Source: an uncultured Actinomycetes bacterium
Lineage (GTDB): Bacteria; Actinomycetota; Coriobacteriia; Anaerosomatales; PHET01
Assembly (NCBI GenBank): GCA_947085035.1
Contig: CAMTUW010000003.1
Coordinates: forward strand, 27 to 64,026
Length of the DNA stretch: 64,000 nucleotides
Reading direction: 5' to 3'
In this document: in pieces, positions 1 to 8,858 of the stretch
Layout of the letters: every line of letters begins with the position of its first letter
Position numbering within the stretch: the first letter of the stretch is position 1
Program-made: the position numbers and the translations under genes
Notes under the pieces: generated by a model
Databases searched by the model: none
What the model was told of the DNA's origin: nothing
What the model saw: the letters and a program-made list of their open reading frames with translations, nothing else

Positions 1-161
1 ACGCCTCCGGCGGCCCGCGGCCCGAGTCCGGGCAGCGTGCGGACCAGACGCTCGACCGCTGCAATCACCGCCCCCAGCCAAGCTACGGGATGCACCCGTG
101 TCGGCGGGTCACCGAACACCGCGTCGAGCGCGAGCGCTACCAGCAGCGCCGCCGCGCGCAT
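1..161 (-). CDS. cbiB: adenosylcobinamide-phosphate synthase CbiB, N-terminal fragment (gene runs off window start)
   Basis: My own translation of the minus strand just downstream of the cobD stop gives MRAAALLVALALDAVFGDPPTRVHPVAWLGAVIAAVERLV... The LD-x3-GDP...HPV N-terminus is typical of CbiB. An alternative in-frame GTG at 212 directly follows the cobD stop. Confidence 0.7.
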   Translation of the reverse strand, partial: MRAAALLVALALDAVFGDPPTRVHPVAWLGAVIAAVERLVRTLPGLGPRAAGG

Positions 162-212
162 TGTAAGCGCCTCAGGTGCGAAGGCCGCCTCGAGCGCCGA
201 GAGCCACCACAC

Positions 213-1250
213 CTACCACACCTCCATCAACGCGGAGATGATGGCGCCGTTCTCGGCAGGTGAACGGATGCCTGTCCGGATCCAGCGCGCGGACAACCCC
301 GGAAACGTCGAGGCGTCTCGCACGGCGATACCTCGAGCGAGAAGATCCGCGCACAGCCGGGCGGCGGTGCGCTGGGCTGGCAGCTCGGCGAGGACCCACG
401 GAGCCACGCCCTGGGTGACGCGCACACCGGGCAGCGCGGCGACGGCGGCGGACATGCGCGCGCGCTCCGTGCACAGCAGGGCACGCGAGCGAGCCAGGTA
501 CTCGTCTTGTGCCGCGAGTTCGACCGCGGCCTCGGCGGCGATGCCGTTCACGCTCCAGGGATCGCGCATCCGGGAGATGCGCGCTACCAGCGGCTGGGCG
601 GCAGCGAGCAGGCCCAGGCGCAGCCCCGGTACACAGAACGTCTTCGTGAGCGAAGCGACGACGCTGATGCGATCGCCCACGTGTGATAGGAGCGAATGGG
701 CCGGCTCGCTGGACAGCGCGAGGAACGACTCGTCGACCAGCACGTGCGCACCCCGGGCGGCGAACGCGAGCAGCGACTCCGGCTCGACGAAGTGTCCGGT
801 GGGGTTGTTGGGCTGGCCCACGATCACGAGGTCGCCCTCGCAGAGCTTCTCGCCACCTTCCCACGCGAGAAGTTCGTCGCACGGCGTCTTCCACTCGTCG
901 CGGGAGAGCACGAGCGGCACCGAGACGCTCGGGACCCCTGCGGCTCGCGCTGCGGCGACGTACTCGGAGTAGCAAGGATCGAACACGATGACCCGGCGCG
1001 GCGCCACGGCACGAACGGTGAGGGAGATGAGCTCGCTCGCACCGTTGCCCACGAGAAGGCTCTCCACCGAGACGCCCAGCCGGTCCGCCCACGCCTCCCG
1101 CGCACTGAGCGCGTCGACCTCGGGGTAGCGGGCCGCGAGTTCGCGCGCACGCCGAAACACAGCGTCAAGCGAGGGCGGCGGCCCCATCGGGTTGACGTTG
1201 ACGCTGGCGTCGATGCGCGCCTGGGGGTCTCCCCCGTGATCGCGCCTCAT
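213..1250 (-). CDS. cobD: L-threonine-O-3-phosphate decarboxylase (class I/II aminotransferase fold, CobD/CobC type)
   Basis: ORF 213..1433 carries NPMGPP...LLVGNGASELI...GQPNNPTGHF...LVDESF aminotransferase-fold motifs. I trimmed the start to the ATG at 1250, which forms an ATGA overlap with the cobQ stop; upstream of it the frame is Arg/Pro-rich junk. Confidence 0.85.
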   Translation of the reverse strand: MRRDHGGDPQARIDASVNVNPMGPPPSLDAVFRRARELAARYPEVDALSAREAWADRLGVSVESLLVGNGASELISLTVRAVAPRRVIVFDPCYSEYVAAARAAGVPSVSVPLVLSRDEWKTPCDELLAWEGGEKLCEGDLVIVGQPNNPTGHFVEPESLLAFAARGAHVLVDESFLALSSEPAHSLLSHVGDRISVVASLTKTFCVPGLRLGLLAAAQPLVARISRMRDPWSVNGIAAEAAVELAAQDEYLARSRALLCTERARMSAAVAALPGVRVTQGVAPWVLAELPAQRTAARLCADLLARGIAVRDASTFPGLSARWIRTGIRSPAENGAIISALMEVW

Positions 1251-2821
1251 CGAGCGGCCTTCGAGGCCGCAGCGTCGCGCCCGAGCCCCGCGATGCGCGC
1301 GACAGCGTCGAGGTCGAGGTGCGCCTCGAGCATGTCCGCGAGACGGTCGGCCGGGTCTGTGGCGACATGCGGGCGCACCCCGGGGCCGTACAACGGCTCC
1401 AGGCCCTTGGCGGCGCGCAGTCGATCGAGCCACGCGCGACGTAGCGCGAAGTCGTCGAAGAGCCCGTGGAGGTAGGTGCCGCAGACCGGCTTCGAGCGCG
1501 ACTCGGCGCCCTCGTCGCCGAACGTTTCACCGGCCCCAGCGACCCGCGCGAACGGCGCCGCATCGGGGCCCCGAGTGGTGCGGCCCATGTGGATCTCGTA
1601 GCCGCTGACCGCAGATCCTGCCGGTCCGAGCTGCTCGCCGGAAAGCTCACCGCTCACGCGGACCGTGCGCTTCTCGGCGGCGAACACGGTGACGGTATCG
1701 AGCAGGCCGAGACCCTCGAGGATCGCTCCCGGCTCCCCTTCCACGCCGAGGGGATCTTCGACGCGAGCACCCAGCATCTGGAATCCGCCGCAGATGCCGA
1801 GAACCGGCGTTCCTGCGCGAGCAGCCGCCACGATGGCGTGGGCCAGCCCGCTGCTTCGCAGCCACGCGAGGCCGGAGATCGTGGACTTGGTACCGGGAAT
1901 CACCACGGCATCGGCTCCGTCGAGGTCACCGGGCGTCCGGGCCCAGCGGACCGACACGTCCGGCTCGAAGGAAAGCGAGGCCAGGTCGGTGAAGTTGGAG
2001 ATGTAGGGCAGGCGCACGGCAGCAACGGTGAGCGGTGCCCCGGGCTTCTCGGCGATGGTCTCGATACCGAGCGAGTCCTCCTCGTCACCACGCCAGTCAT
2101 CGAGATAGGGAAGCACCCCGAGCACCGGCACGCCGTAGCGCTGCTCGAGCATCTCGACGCCGGGGGCAAGCAGCGTGGCGTCGCCTCGGAAGCGGTTGAT
2201 GACGAAGCCGGCCACGAGCGCGCGCTCTTCGGGGGCGAGGAGCTCCATCGTGCCCACGAGCGCGGCGAAGACGCCGCCGCGATCGATGTCTGCGACGATG
2301 ATGACCGGCGCGTGCGCGTGGAGCGCGACCGCCATGTTGGCGATGTCTCGATGGCGGATGTTGATCTCGGCGGGGCTGCCCGCGCCCTCGATGATGACGA
2401 GGTCGCGGCCGTGTCGCAGACGTGCGAGCGCGTCGGTGACCTGCGGCCAGACGCGTGGCTGGTAGGCGTGGTACTCGCGCACCTGCATCACGCCCACCGG
2501 CGCGCCCAGTACGATGACCTGACTCCCCGTGGGCGAGCAGGGCTTGAGCAGCACGGGATTCATGTCGGCGTGCGGCTCGATGCCTGCGGCGTGCGCTTGG
2601 AACGCCTGCGCACGACCGATCTCGGCGCCTTCAGGGGTGACCGCCGAGTTGAGCGCCATGTTCTGGCTCTTGAAGGGGGCTACGTCCAGGCCGCGCCGGG
2701 CGAACACGCGCGCGAGCCCCGCCACGAGCACCGACTTTCCCGCGCTCGAGGTGGCGCCCTGGATCATGAGTACGCGCGCGGCGGCAGCGTCGCCAGTGGG
2801 CGGCTTCGAGGGCGTCGCCAC
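1247..2821 (-). CDS. cobQ: cobyric acid synthase
   Basis: 524 aa. It has an N-terminal P-loop-like IQGATSSAGKSVLVAGL and a C-terminal glutamine amidotransferase region (ICGGFQMLG, YEIHMG). GTG start overlaps the upstream stop by 1 nt. Confidence 0.93.
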   Translation of the reverse strand: MATPSKPPTGDAAAARVLMIQGATSSAGKSVLVAGLARVFARRGLDVAPFKSQNMALNSAVTPEGAEIGRAQAFQAHAAGIEPHADMNPVLLKPCSPTGSQVIVLGAPVGVMQVREYHAYQPRVWPQVTDALARLRHGRDLVIIEGAGSPAEINIRHRDIANMAVALHAHAPVIIVADIDRGGVFAALVGTMELLAPEERALVAGFVINRFRGDATLLAPGVEMLEQRYGVPVLGVLPYLDDWRGDEEDSLGIETIAEKPGAPLTVAAVRLPYISNFTDLASLSFEPDVSVRWARTPGDLDGADAVVIPGTKSTISGLAWLRSSGLAHAIVAAARAGTPVLGICGGFQMLGARVEDPLGVEGEPGAILEGLGLLDTVTVFAAEKRTVRVSGELSGEQLGPAGSAVSGYEIHMGRTTRGPDAAPFARVAGAGETFGDEGAESRSKPVCGTYLHGLFDDFALRRAWLDRLRAAKGLEPLYGPGVRPHVATDPADRLADMLEAHLDLDAVARIAGLGRDAAASKAAR

Positions 2822-4185
2822 TAGAACTCGACCCCCCGCCGAGCTGGGACGCCGCGCGCGAACGGGTGGCTGATCGGATGCATCTCGGTCACGTAATCGG
2901 CCATGGCGAGGAGCTGGTCCGGGGCGCCTCTACCGGTGAGAATGACTTCGACGTGGCCCGCCCGCTCGCTGATCGCGGCAACAAGATCGGCGGTGTCCAC
3001 GAGCCGCTTGGCGGCGGCGACGCACGCCTCGTCGAGCACGACGAGGTCGAACGCACCCGACAGCGCCGCGCGCGCGGCGGCCAGCGCGTCTGCGGCGGCC
3101 GCGCGATCGGCTGGGGTCGCGGCGCCTCGCATGAGGCCGCTGGAGCGCTCGGCCGGACGCGTGACCGCCACGCCCAGACGTCTGAGCACCGCGAGCTCGC
3201 TCGATTCGGGTCCGCCCTTGACGAACTGCACGAACGCGACGCGTTTGCCCGCACCCACCGCGCGCACGGCCAGTCCCACAGACGCGGTCGTCTTGCCCTT
3301 GCCGCTGCCGGTGTAGACGTGGACGAGCCCCGGGTGCGGCTCCGGCGGCGCGAGCGAGACGTCGCTCGTCTGCAGCGATGAGTCGAGCCCCGCTATCTCG
3401 CGCAGACGCGCCACGACCTCGGCGTTGGAGCGCACGGCGTCGTGGGCCGCCTCGGATGGGCGCGCGACGACAAAGGCCGTGGCCGATGCGAGCCGCGCGG
3501 CTTCGAGCTTGGCGTCCACGCCGCCTGCGGTGCCGCTGTCCTTCGTGACGAGCACCGACGCGCCGAGGTGGCGCAGAAGCGCCGCATCAAGCTCGGCCGA
3601 GGTGGGGCCCTGCATCGCGATCACGTCGGCGGGCGACAGGCCGGCCTCCTCGCACGCAGCGAGCGACCCGGCCACCGGCAACACGCGCGCGACGCACCGA
3701 ACGCCTGCGGCGCGACAGGCCGCCGCGTACACCGCGAGCGAGCGCGAGCCCACCGTGAGCAGCACCGTGCCGCCCGGACCGACCGCTTGGACCGCAGCGC
3801 GCGCAGCGTCTTCGGGCGACTCGCAGAGCACGGCGCCTTCGGTGGAGAGCGCGCCCTCGCGCTCGAAGCGCACGTACGCGGTACCGGCGAGGCGAGCGGC
3901 CTCGCGAGCGGTCTCGCTCGCGAGACGCGCGAAGGGGTGCGAGGCGTCGACGACCGCGACGCGGCCCGTGGCGAGTGCGGCCATTCCGGCGGCGTCGAGC
4001 GCCCCGAAACGCACGGCGCTGGCGTCGCAGGCTGCGAGCTGCTCGCCGTATGCGGTTGCGGTGCTCACGAGCACCTCGAAGCCGGCCTCCTTGAGCGCGC
4101 GGGCGATCTCGCGCGAATCGCTGGTGCCGCCGATGAGCAGCACGCGTGGCGCCTCGTGCCCGGGAGCGTGGGTTGGTGCGCTCAT
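2821..4185 (-). CDS. cbiJ/cobO: fusion protein: precorrin-6x reductase (CbiJ/CobK) N-terminal + cob(I)yrinic acid a,c-diamide adenosyltransferase (CobO/BtuR type) C-terminal
   Basis: The N-terminal ~265 aa (VLLIGGTSDSREIARAL...) is CbiJ-like. The C-terminal ~170 aa (VHVYTGSGKGKTTASVGLAVRA...FVKGG...LVVLDE...ILTGRGAP) is CobO-like with a P-loop. It is a single uninterrupted 454-aa frame. Confidence 0.85.
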   Translation of the reverse strand: MSAPTHAPGHEAPRVLLIGGTSDSREIARALKEAGFEVLVSTATAYGEQLAACDASAVRFGALDAAGMAALATGRVAVVDASHPFARLASETAREAARLAGTAYVRFEREGALSTEGAVLCESPEDAARAAVQAVGPGGTVLLTVGSRSLAVYAAACRAAGVRCVARVLPVAGSLAACEEAGLSPADVIAMQGPTSAELDAALLRHLGASVLVTKDSGTAGGVDAKLEAARLASATAFVVARPSEAAHDAVRSNAEVVARLREIAGLDSSLQTSDVSLAPPEPHPGLVHVYTGSGKGKTTASVGLAVRAVGAGKRVAFVQFVKGGPESSELAVLRRLGVAVTRPAERSSGLMRGAATPADRAAAADALAAARAALSGAFDLVVLDEACVAAAKRLVDTADLVAAISERAGHVEVILTGRGAPDQLLAMADYVTEMHPISHPFARGVPARRGVEF

Positions 4186-4994
4186 ACGGGATACCCCCTG
4201 GGCGTGACCATGCGACCGCAGATCACGCGCGTGAGCGAGTTGCCCACGATGAGCGTCGTGAACATGTCGACCTCTTCGGGATCGAGCTCGCCCAGCGTGG
4301 TCATGCGCGTCGACTGGCCCGCGCGGCCGGCGTCACGCACGACGCCCACCACCGTCTCGGGTCCGCGCGCGGCGCGCAGTACCTCGAGCGCGAGGTCGAG
4401 CGGGCGTGTGCGCGTGTGCGAACGCGGGTTGTAGAGCGCGACGACGAGGTCCGCTTCGGCGATCGCGGTCAGGCGACGCTCGATGACGGCAAGCGGTGTG
4501 AGCAGGTCGGAGAGTGATATGCACGCGAAGTCGTTTGTGAGCGGCGAGCCGAGAACGGCTGCCGCCATGAGCGCTGCGGTTACTCCGGGCACCACCTCCA
4601 CGTCGACGTTCGGATCCTCGCCAAGCACCTCGAGCACGAGCCCGGCCATGCCGTACACACCGGCGTCACCGCTGCTCACGACCGCCACGACACGGCCCTC
4701 GCGGGCGGCCGAGACGGCAGCGCGGGCGCGCTCGACCTCGGCGCGCATCCCCGAGGCCAGGACCTCGGCATGACCGAGATGCTCGCGCACCAGCTCCACG
4801 TACGGACGGTAGCCCACGACGACTTCGGCGCTCGCAAGAGCCGAAACGGCTGCGGGCGTCAGGTGCGCGGCGGCGCCGGGACCGATGCCGACGAGAAGCA
4901 GTCGTCCTGGGCTATCGCCACGGTCACCCCGTCTCTGGCAATCTGTGCGATCAGCATCGCATGGGGGTCTGACATCAGTGCCGCTGGAACACAT
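4182..4994 (-). CDS. cbiH: cobalt-factor III / precorrin-3B C17-methyltransferase
   Basis: LLLVGIGPG...VVVGY...SSGDAGVYGMAG tetrapyrrole methylase motifs. The only ATG in frame is at 4994, which overlaps the cbiG 3' end by 136 nt, so the true start may be a non-ATG codon nearer ~4900. Confidence 0.85.
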   Translation of the reverse strand: MCSSGTDVRPPCDADRTDCQRRGDRGDSPGRLLLVGIGPGAAAHLTPAAVSALASAEVVVGYRPYVELVREHLGHAEVLASGMRAEVERARAAVSAAREGRVVAVVSSGDAGVYGMAGLVLEVLGEDPNVDVEVVPGVTAALMAAAVLGSPLTNDFACISLSDLLTPLAVIERRLTAIAEADLVVALYNPRSHTRTRPLDLALEVLRAARGPETVVGVVRDAGRAGQSTRMTTLGELDPEEVDMFTTLIVGNSLTRVICGRMVTPRGYPV

Positions 4995-5680
4995 ACCGCT
5001 GCAACTCCCGTCACTTCCTCGGCGAACGTGGGCTCGCGCAGCGCGTCTTGCAACGCCTTGATGCGCGAGCGAGGCACGACGCGCAGTACCACGCCGAGCT
5101 CGTCGGCGGCCGCGCGGATGCCCGGCTCGCCCGCTTTCAGGTCTATCGTCGCGAGCGCGCGCACGTCAGCACGGGTTCGTGCGGTCGCTTCGAGCGCTTC
5201 GTCGATGGCGGCGAGCACGGCCTCGCACGACACGCCGCGCCGACTCCCCACTCCCACCACGACGCCCCTGCCGGCCTCGGTACCGGTGGTGACCACGGGC
5301 ACGGCGCCGGTGAACTGGGCGATGTCCTCGCACAGCGCGTTGGCGCCGCCCTCGTGTCCCGACAGCAGCGAGATCGCGAAGCGGCCGGCGTCATCGACAA
5401 CGACCACTGCCGGATCGTCGTACTTGCTCGCCACCCACGGCGCGATCGAGCGCACCGCGATGCCGGACGCCATCACGAAGACGATCCCCGCGCATCTCTC
5501 CCACAGCTCGCCCACATGCTCGACGAGCGACCCCTCCCAGACGCGCGCGCCCGGATGCAGTCCCTCGCGAGAGAGCGTGAGCTCGGCTTCGGGCAACAGC
5601 CCGGCGAGACGCGCGGCAAGCGCGGCCCCTTCCTCGGACACAGCGATCAGCGCGACCGGACCACGACGCTCGAACCTCAA
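4859..5680 (-). CDS. cbiG: cobalt-precorrin-5A hydrolase
   Basis: 273 aa with FVMASGIAVRSIAP...DDPAVVVVDDAGRFAISLLSGHEGGAN (CbiG N/C domains). TTG start in a TTGA overlap with the cbiF stop. Confidence 0.88.
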   Translation of the reverse strand: MRFERRGPVALIAVSEEGAALAARLAGLLPEAELTLSREGLHPGARVWEGSLVEHVGELWERCAGIVFVMASGIAVRSIAPWVASKYDDPAVVVVDDAGRFAISLLSGHEGGANALCEDIAQFTGAVPVVTTGTEAGRGVVVGVGSRRGVSCEAVLAAIDEALEATARTRADVRALATIDLKAGEPGIRAAADELGVVLRVVPRSRIKALQDALREPTFAEEVTGVAAVCVPAALMSDPHAMLIAQIARDGVTVAIAQDDCFSSASVPAPPRT

Positions 5681-6465
5681 CTCTGCACCTCCTCTTCGCA
5701 GGCGTCCCGGTACCCGTGGGCGAACGCCGGGTCGTAGAGGTGGCTGCGACGGCCCTCGGCGCCCGCGAGCGCGGGGCCCACGAGGATCATCGCGGTGCGG
5801 TCGATCCCCGAATCGGCGAGCGCGCCCTCAAGCGTGCCCACCGTGGCGCGCACGACGCGTTGCTCGGGCCACGACGCGCGCTGCACGATCGCGACCGGCG
5901 TGTCAGCCGGGTAGTGCGCGCCCAGGTCGGCGGCCACTCGGTCACCCATTCCCGCCGAGAGGAACACCGCCATCGTGGCGCGGTGGCTGGCAAGCGATGC
6001 GAGGTCTTGGCCCTCGGGCACCGGCGTGCGTCCAGCCGCGCGGCAGATGATGACCGTCTGCGAGACCCCCGGCACGGTGAGCTCGACGGGGAGAGCGGCG
6101 GCGGCGGCGAACAGCGAGCTCACGCCAGGAACCACCTCGTAAGGCACGCCCTCCTCGGCGAGGCGCTCCCACTGCTCGGCCGTGGCGCCGAACAGCGAGG
6201 GGTCGCCGGTGTGGAGGCGCACCACGCGTGCGCCGTCGCGGTACCCCGCCACCATCGCCGCGACCTGCTCGTCGAGCGAGAGCCCCGCCGAATCGATGAT
6301 CACGGCCCCCTCGCGCACCCACGCGAGCACCGCCTCGGGCACGAGCGAGCCGGCCCACAGCACCACGTCGGCGGCCTCGAGCACACGCATGCCGCGCACC
6401 GTGATGAGCTCGGGGTCGCCGGGACCGGCGCCCACGAACACGACGGGATGTCCCGACGATGTCAT
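5677..6465 (-). CDS. cbiF: cobalt-precorrin-4 / precorrin-4 C11-methyltransferase
   Basis: VVFVGAGPGDPELITVRG...RLHTGDPSLFG motifs. Start trimmed to the ATG at 6465 (ATGA overlap with the cbiL stop); the ORF-track N-terminal extension is Arg/Gly junk. Confidence 0.9.
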   Translation of the reverse strand: MTSSGHPVVFVGAGPGDPELITVRGMRVLEAADVVLWAGSLVPEAVLAWVREGAVIIDSAGLSLDEQVAAMVAGYRDGARVVRLHTGDPSLFGATAEQWERLAEEGVPYEVVPGVSSLFAAAAALPVELTVPGVSQTVIICRAAGRTPVPEGQDLASLASHRATMAVFLSAGMGDRVAADLGAHYPADTPVAIVQRASWPEQRVVRATVGTLEGALADSGIDRTAMILVGPALAGAEGRRSHLYDPAFAHGYRDACEEEVQS

Positions 6466-7166
6466 CGCTCCTCCTTGTGCAGAATCGCTGTGGTGAAGTA
6501 GTCGACCGGGCCGTCGAGCAGGTCGGCCGCGTCGCGCGATGCCTGCTCGCCATCCATGCCCAGGCGACGCACCGCCGCCACCCGTGCGCCCGCCTCGCGA
6601 GCAGAGCTGACAAGCGCCTCCAGGTGGCGGCCCACCTTCAGCGCGACCACGTTGGGCGCGAGCGCGAGCACGCTGTCCAGGTCGACCGGCCCCGGCGCGG
6701 GCCACACCAGCAGCGGCTCGCTCCCTTCGGCCAGCGGCTCGCCGAGACGCGCCGCGGCGGCGGCGAACGAAGTCACGCCCGGCACGGTCCGTACCGCGAC
6801 ATCGGCGTGGCGAGCGGCCAGCTCGCGCAGCACGTATCCCCAGGTCGAGTAGGTCATCGCATCGCCCAGGGTGATCATGGCGGCGACCCGGCCGCTGCGC
6901 GCGGCGACGGCGAGCCGCTCGGCTGCGTCGCGCGCAGCGTCACTACGCTTCCCGCAGTCATCCGACATCGGAAACACCGCCTCGAAGACCTCGCAGCCCT
7001 CGGGCAGGCGCGCTCGCACGATCGCGAGTGCGAGGCTACCGTTGTCGGCACTCGCACGCGGAGCGATCACGAGGTCGGCGCGGCCCAGGACCTCAGCGGC
7101 ACCAAGCGTGAGCAGCGACGGATCGCCGGGGCCCACCCCGATGCCGAAGACGGTGGCCGCGCTCAT
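6462..7166 (-). CDS. cbiL: cobalt-factor II / precorrin-2 C20-methyltransferase
   Basis: VFGIGVGPGDPSLLTLGA...ITLGDAMTYSTW motifs. Start trimmed to the ATG at 7166 (ATGA overlap with the cbiT stop). Confidence 0.88.
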   Translation of the reverse strand: MSAATVFGIGVGPGDPSLLTLGAAEVLGRADLVIAPRASADNGSLALAIVRARLPEGCEVFEAVFPMSDDCGKRSDAARDAAERLAVAARSGRVAAMITLGDAMTYSTWGYVLRELAARHADVAVRTVPGVTSFAAAAARLGEPLAEGSEPLLVWPAPGPVDLDSVLALAPNVVALKVGRHLEALVSSAREAGARVAAVRRLGMDGEQASRDAADLLDGPVDYFTTAILHKEER

Positions 7167-7771
7167 CGCGCGACTCCGGGAGCGAGCCGTGCGGCCAGCA
7201 CGAACACGGGATTGAGCGGCACCAAGCGGATGTCTCGGCCCAGCGGTTCGGCTCGCGAGACGCTCACCTGCGCGCACTCAGCATCCGCCCATGGCGCGGC
7301 CGCGAGCGCTTCAAGCGCCGCAGTGGCCGCTTTCAGTCCCACGACGTTTACCACCACGCGTCCGCCGGGCGCGAGCACAGCAGCCGCGCCCGCGAGCACC
7401 TCGGCGAGCCTGCCGCCGTGGCCGCCCACGAGCACAGCGTCGAACGGACCCGTGACCAGGGCGAGCACCTCGGGCGCAACGCCTTCGACGACCTCGACGT
7501 TTCCGGGAGCGAGCCGCTCGACGTTGGCGCGCAGAAGCGCGAGCGCCTCCTCATCGCACTCGACGGCCACCACGCTTCCGCCCGCGCACGCGCGCGCGAC
7601 TTCGACGGTGAGGCCACCGGTCCCCGCTCCGATGTCGAGCACCCGGGCGTCGTGGCCCACTTGCGCGTATGCCAGTGTGACCGCGCGCACCTCTCGCTTG
7701 GTCATAGGCACGTCGCCACGCTCGTACTGTTCATCGGGCACACCCGGTGCGAACCTCTCGGTCATACTCAT
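7163..7771 (-). CDS. cbiT: cobalt-precorrin-6B C15-methyltransferase (decarboxylating)
   Basis: 202 aa with PMTKREVRAVTLAYAQV...VLDIGAGTGGLTVE (CbiT SAM-binding motif). Confidence 0.88.
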   Translation of the reverse strand: MSMTERFAPGVPDEQYERGDVPMTKREVRAVTLAYAQVGHDARVLDIGAGTGGLTVEVARACAGGSVVAVECDEEALALLRANVERLAPGNVEVVEGVAPEVLALVTGPFDAVLVGGHGGRLAEVLAGAAAVLAPGGRVVVNVVGLKAATAALEALAAAPWADAECAQVSVSRAEPLGRDIRLVPLNPVFVLAARLAPGVAR

Positions 7772-7780
7772 ACTCCTCGA

Positions 7781-8845
7781 CTACTCGGGAACCGACACGC
7801 CCGCCTCGGCGAACGTGAGCATCCCGGAGATCATCCGTACCGATGCATCGATGATGCCCATCGTGAGCGCCGCGCCCGTGCCCTCGCCCAAGCGCATGTC
7901 GAGTTCGAGCACCGGCTCCATCTTCAGCGCGGCGAGCTGCAAGGCATGTGCGGGCTCAGCGGAACGGTGCGACGGGAACACATAGTCGGCGACGGCGGGA
8001 CACATCCGCACCGCAGCCAGAACGGCGGAGCCAGCGATCACGCCGTCGCTCACCACGCACACCCCGGCACGAGCGGCACCCAACACGACACCGGTCATCG
8101 CCGCGATCTCGAAGCCGCCCACGGCCGACAGCACGCCCAGCGCGTCGAGACCGCCTACGCCGTTTTCGAGAAGCGCGGTCTTGATGACTGCCACCTTGCG
8201 CGCAAGGATCTCATCGGTCGCGCCGGCCCCCGGGCCCACCACGTCTTCGACCGCCGCACCCGTGAACGCCGCAGTCAGCGCTGATGCGGCGGTGGTGTTG
8301 CCGATTCCCATCTCCCCGATGCCGAGCAGCGTGTAGCCCTGGGCGATGGCTTTCTCCGCCGCCTCGACACCCACCATGATCGCCTGCGAGCACTCCTCGC
8401 GAGTCATCGCGGGGCCGTGCGCCATGTTGGCGGTCCCCATCGCGATCTTCACGTGTTCGATGCCGGCGATCTCGCTGATGTCTCTGGCCACGCCCACATC
8501 GTGCACCCGGACATCGGCGCCCACGCTCGCGGCGATCTGGTTGATCGCGGCGCCCTTTGCGGCGAAGTTCGCCACCATCTGCCATGTGACGTCTTGCGGA
8601 AACATCGCCACGCCCTCGGCCACCACTCCGTGATCTCCCGCCATGAGTAAGATGATCTTCCTCGCCACCGTGGGGTGATCGGTGTCTTGCACGCGCGCGA
8701 CCCGTGCCGCGATGTGCTCGAGACGGCCCAGCGAGCGCGACGGTTTGGTGAGGTTGTCGAGACGCTCCCACGCCCTGGCCTCGGCGGTCGGGTCGGTGAG
8801 CTTGACGCCTGATACGACCTCATTGACTGCGGACTCTGAACTCAA
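7781..8845 (-). CDS. cobT: nicotinate-nucleotide--dimethylbenzimidazole phosphoribosyltransferase
   Basis: LTKPSRSLGRLE...MAGDHGV...GIGEMGIGNTTAASAL motifs. Start placed at TTG 8845, which is preceded by a GAGAGGGG RBS and lies after the upstream stop at 8859. Start codon is uncertain. Confidence 0.88.
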   Translation of the reverse strand: MSSESAVNEVVSGVKLTDPTAEARAWERLDNLTKPSRSLGRLEHIAARVARVQDTDHPTVARKIILLMAGDHGVVAEGVAMFPQDVTWQMVANFAAKGAAINQIAASVGADVRVHDVGVARDISEIAGIEHVKIAMGTANMAHGPAMTREECSQAIMVGVEAAEKAIAQGYTLLGIGEMGIGNTTAASALTAAFTGAAVEDVVGPGAGATDEILARKVAVIKTALLENGVGGLDALGVLSAVGGFEIAAMTGVVLGAARAGVCVVSDGVIAGSAVLAAVRMCPAVADYVFPSHRSAEPAHALQLAALKMEPVLELDMRLGEGTGAALTMGIIDASVRMISGMLTFAEAGVSVPE

Positions 8846-8858
8846 GATATGCCCCTCT

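Noticed and set aside
2207-2212. Avoidance of GCCGGC (the predicted R-M target) as supporting evidence for specificity
   Set aside because: GCCGGC occurs in the window (for example here and near 5390). I cannot compute observed/expected ratios by hand, so no claim is made.
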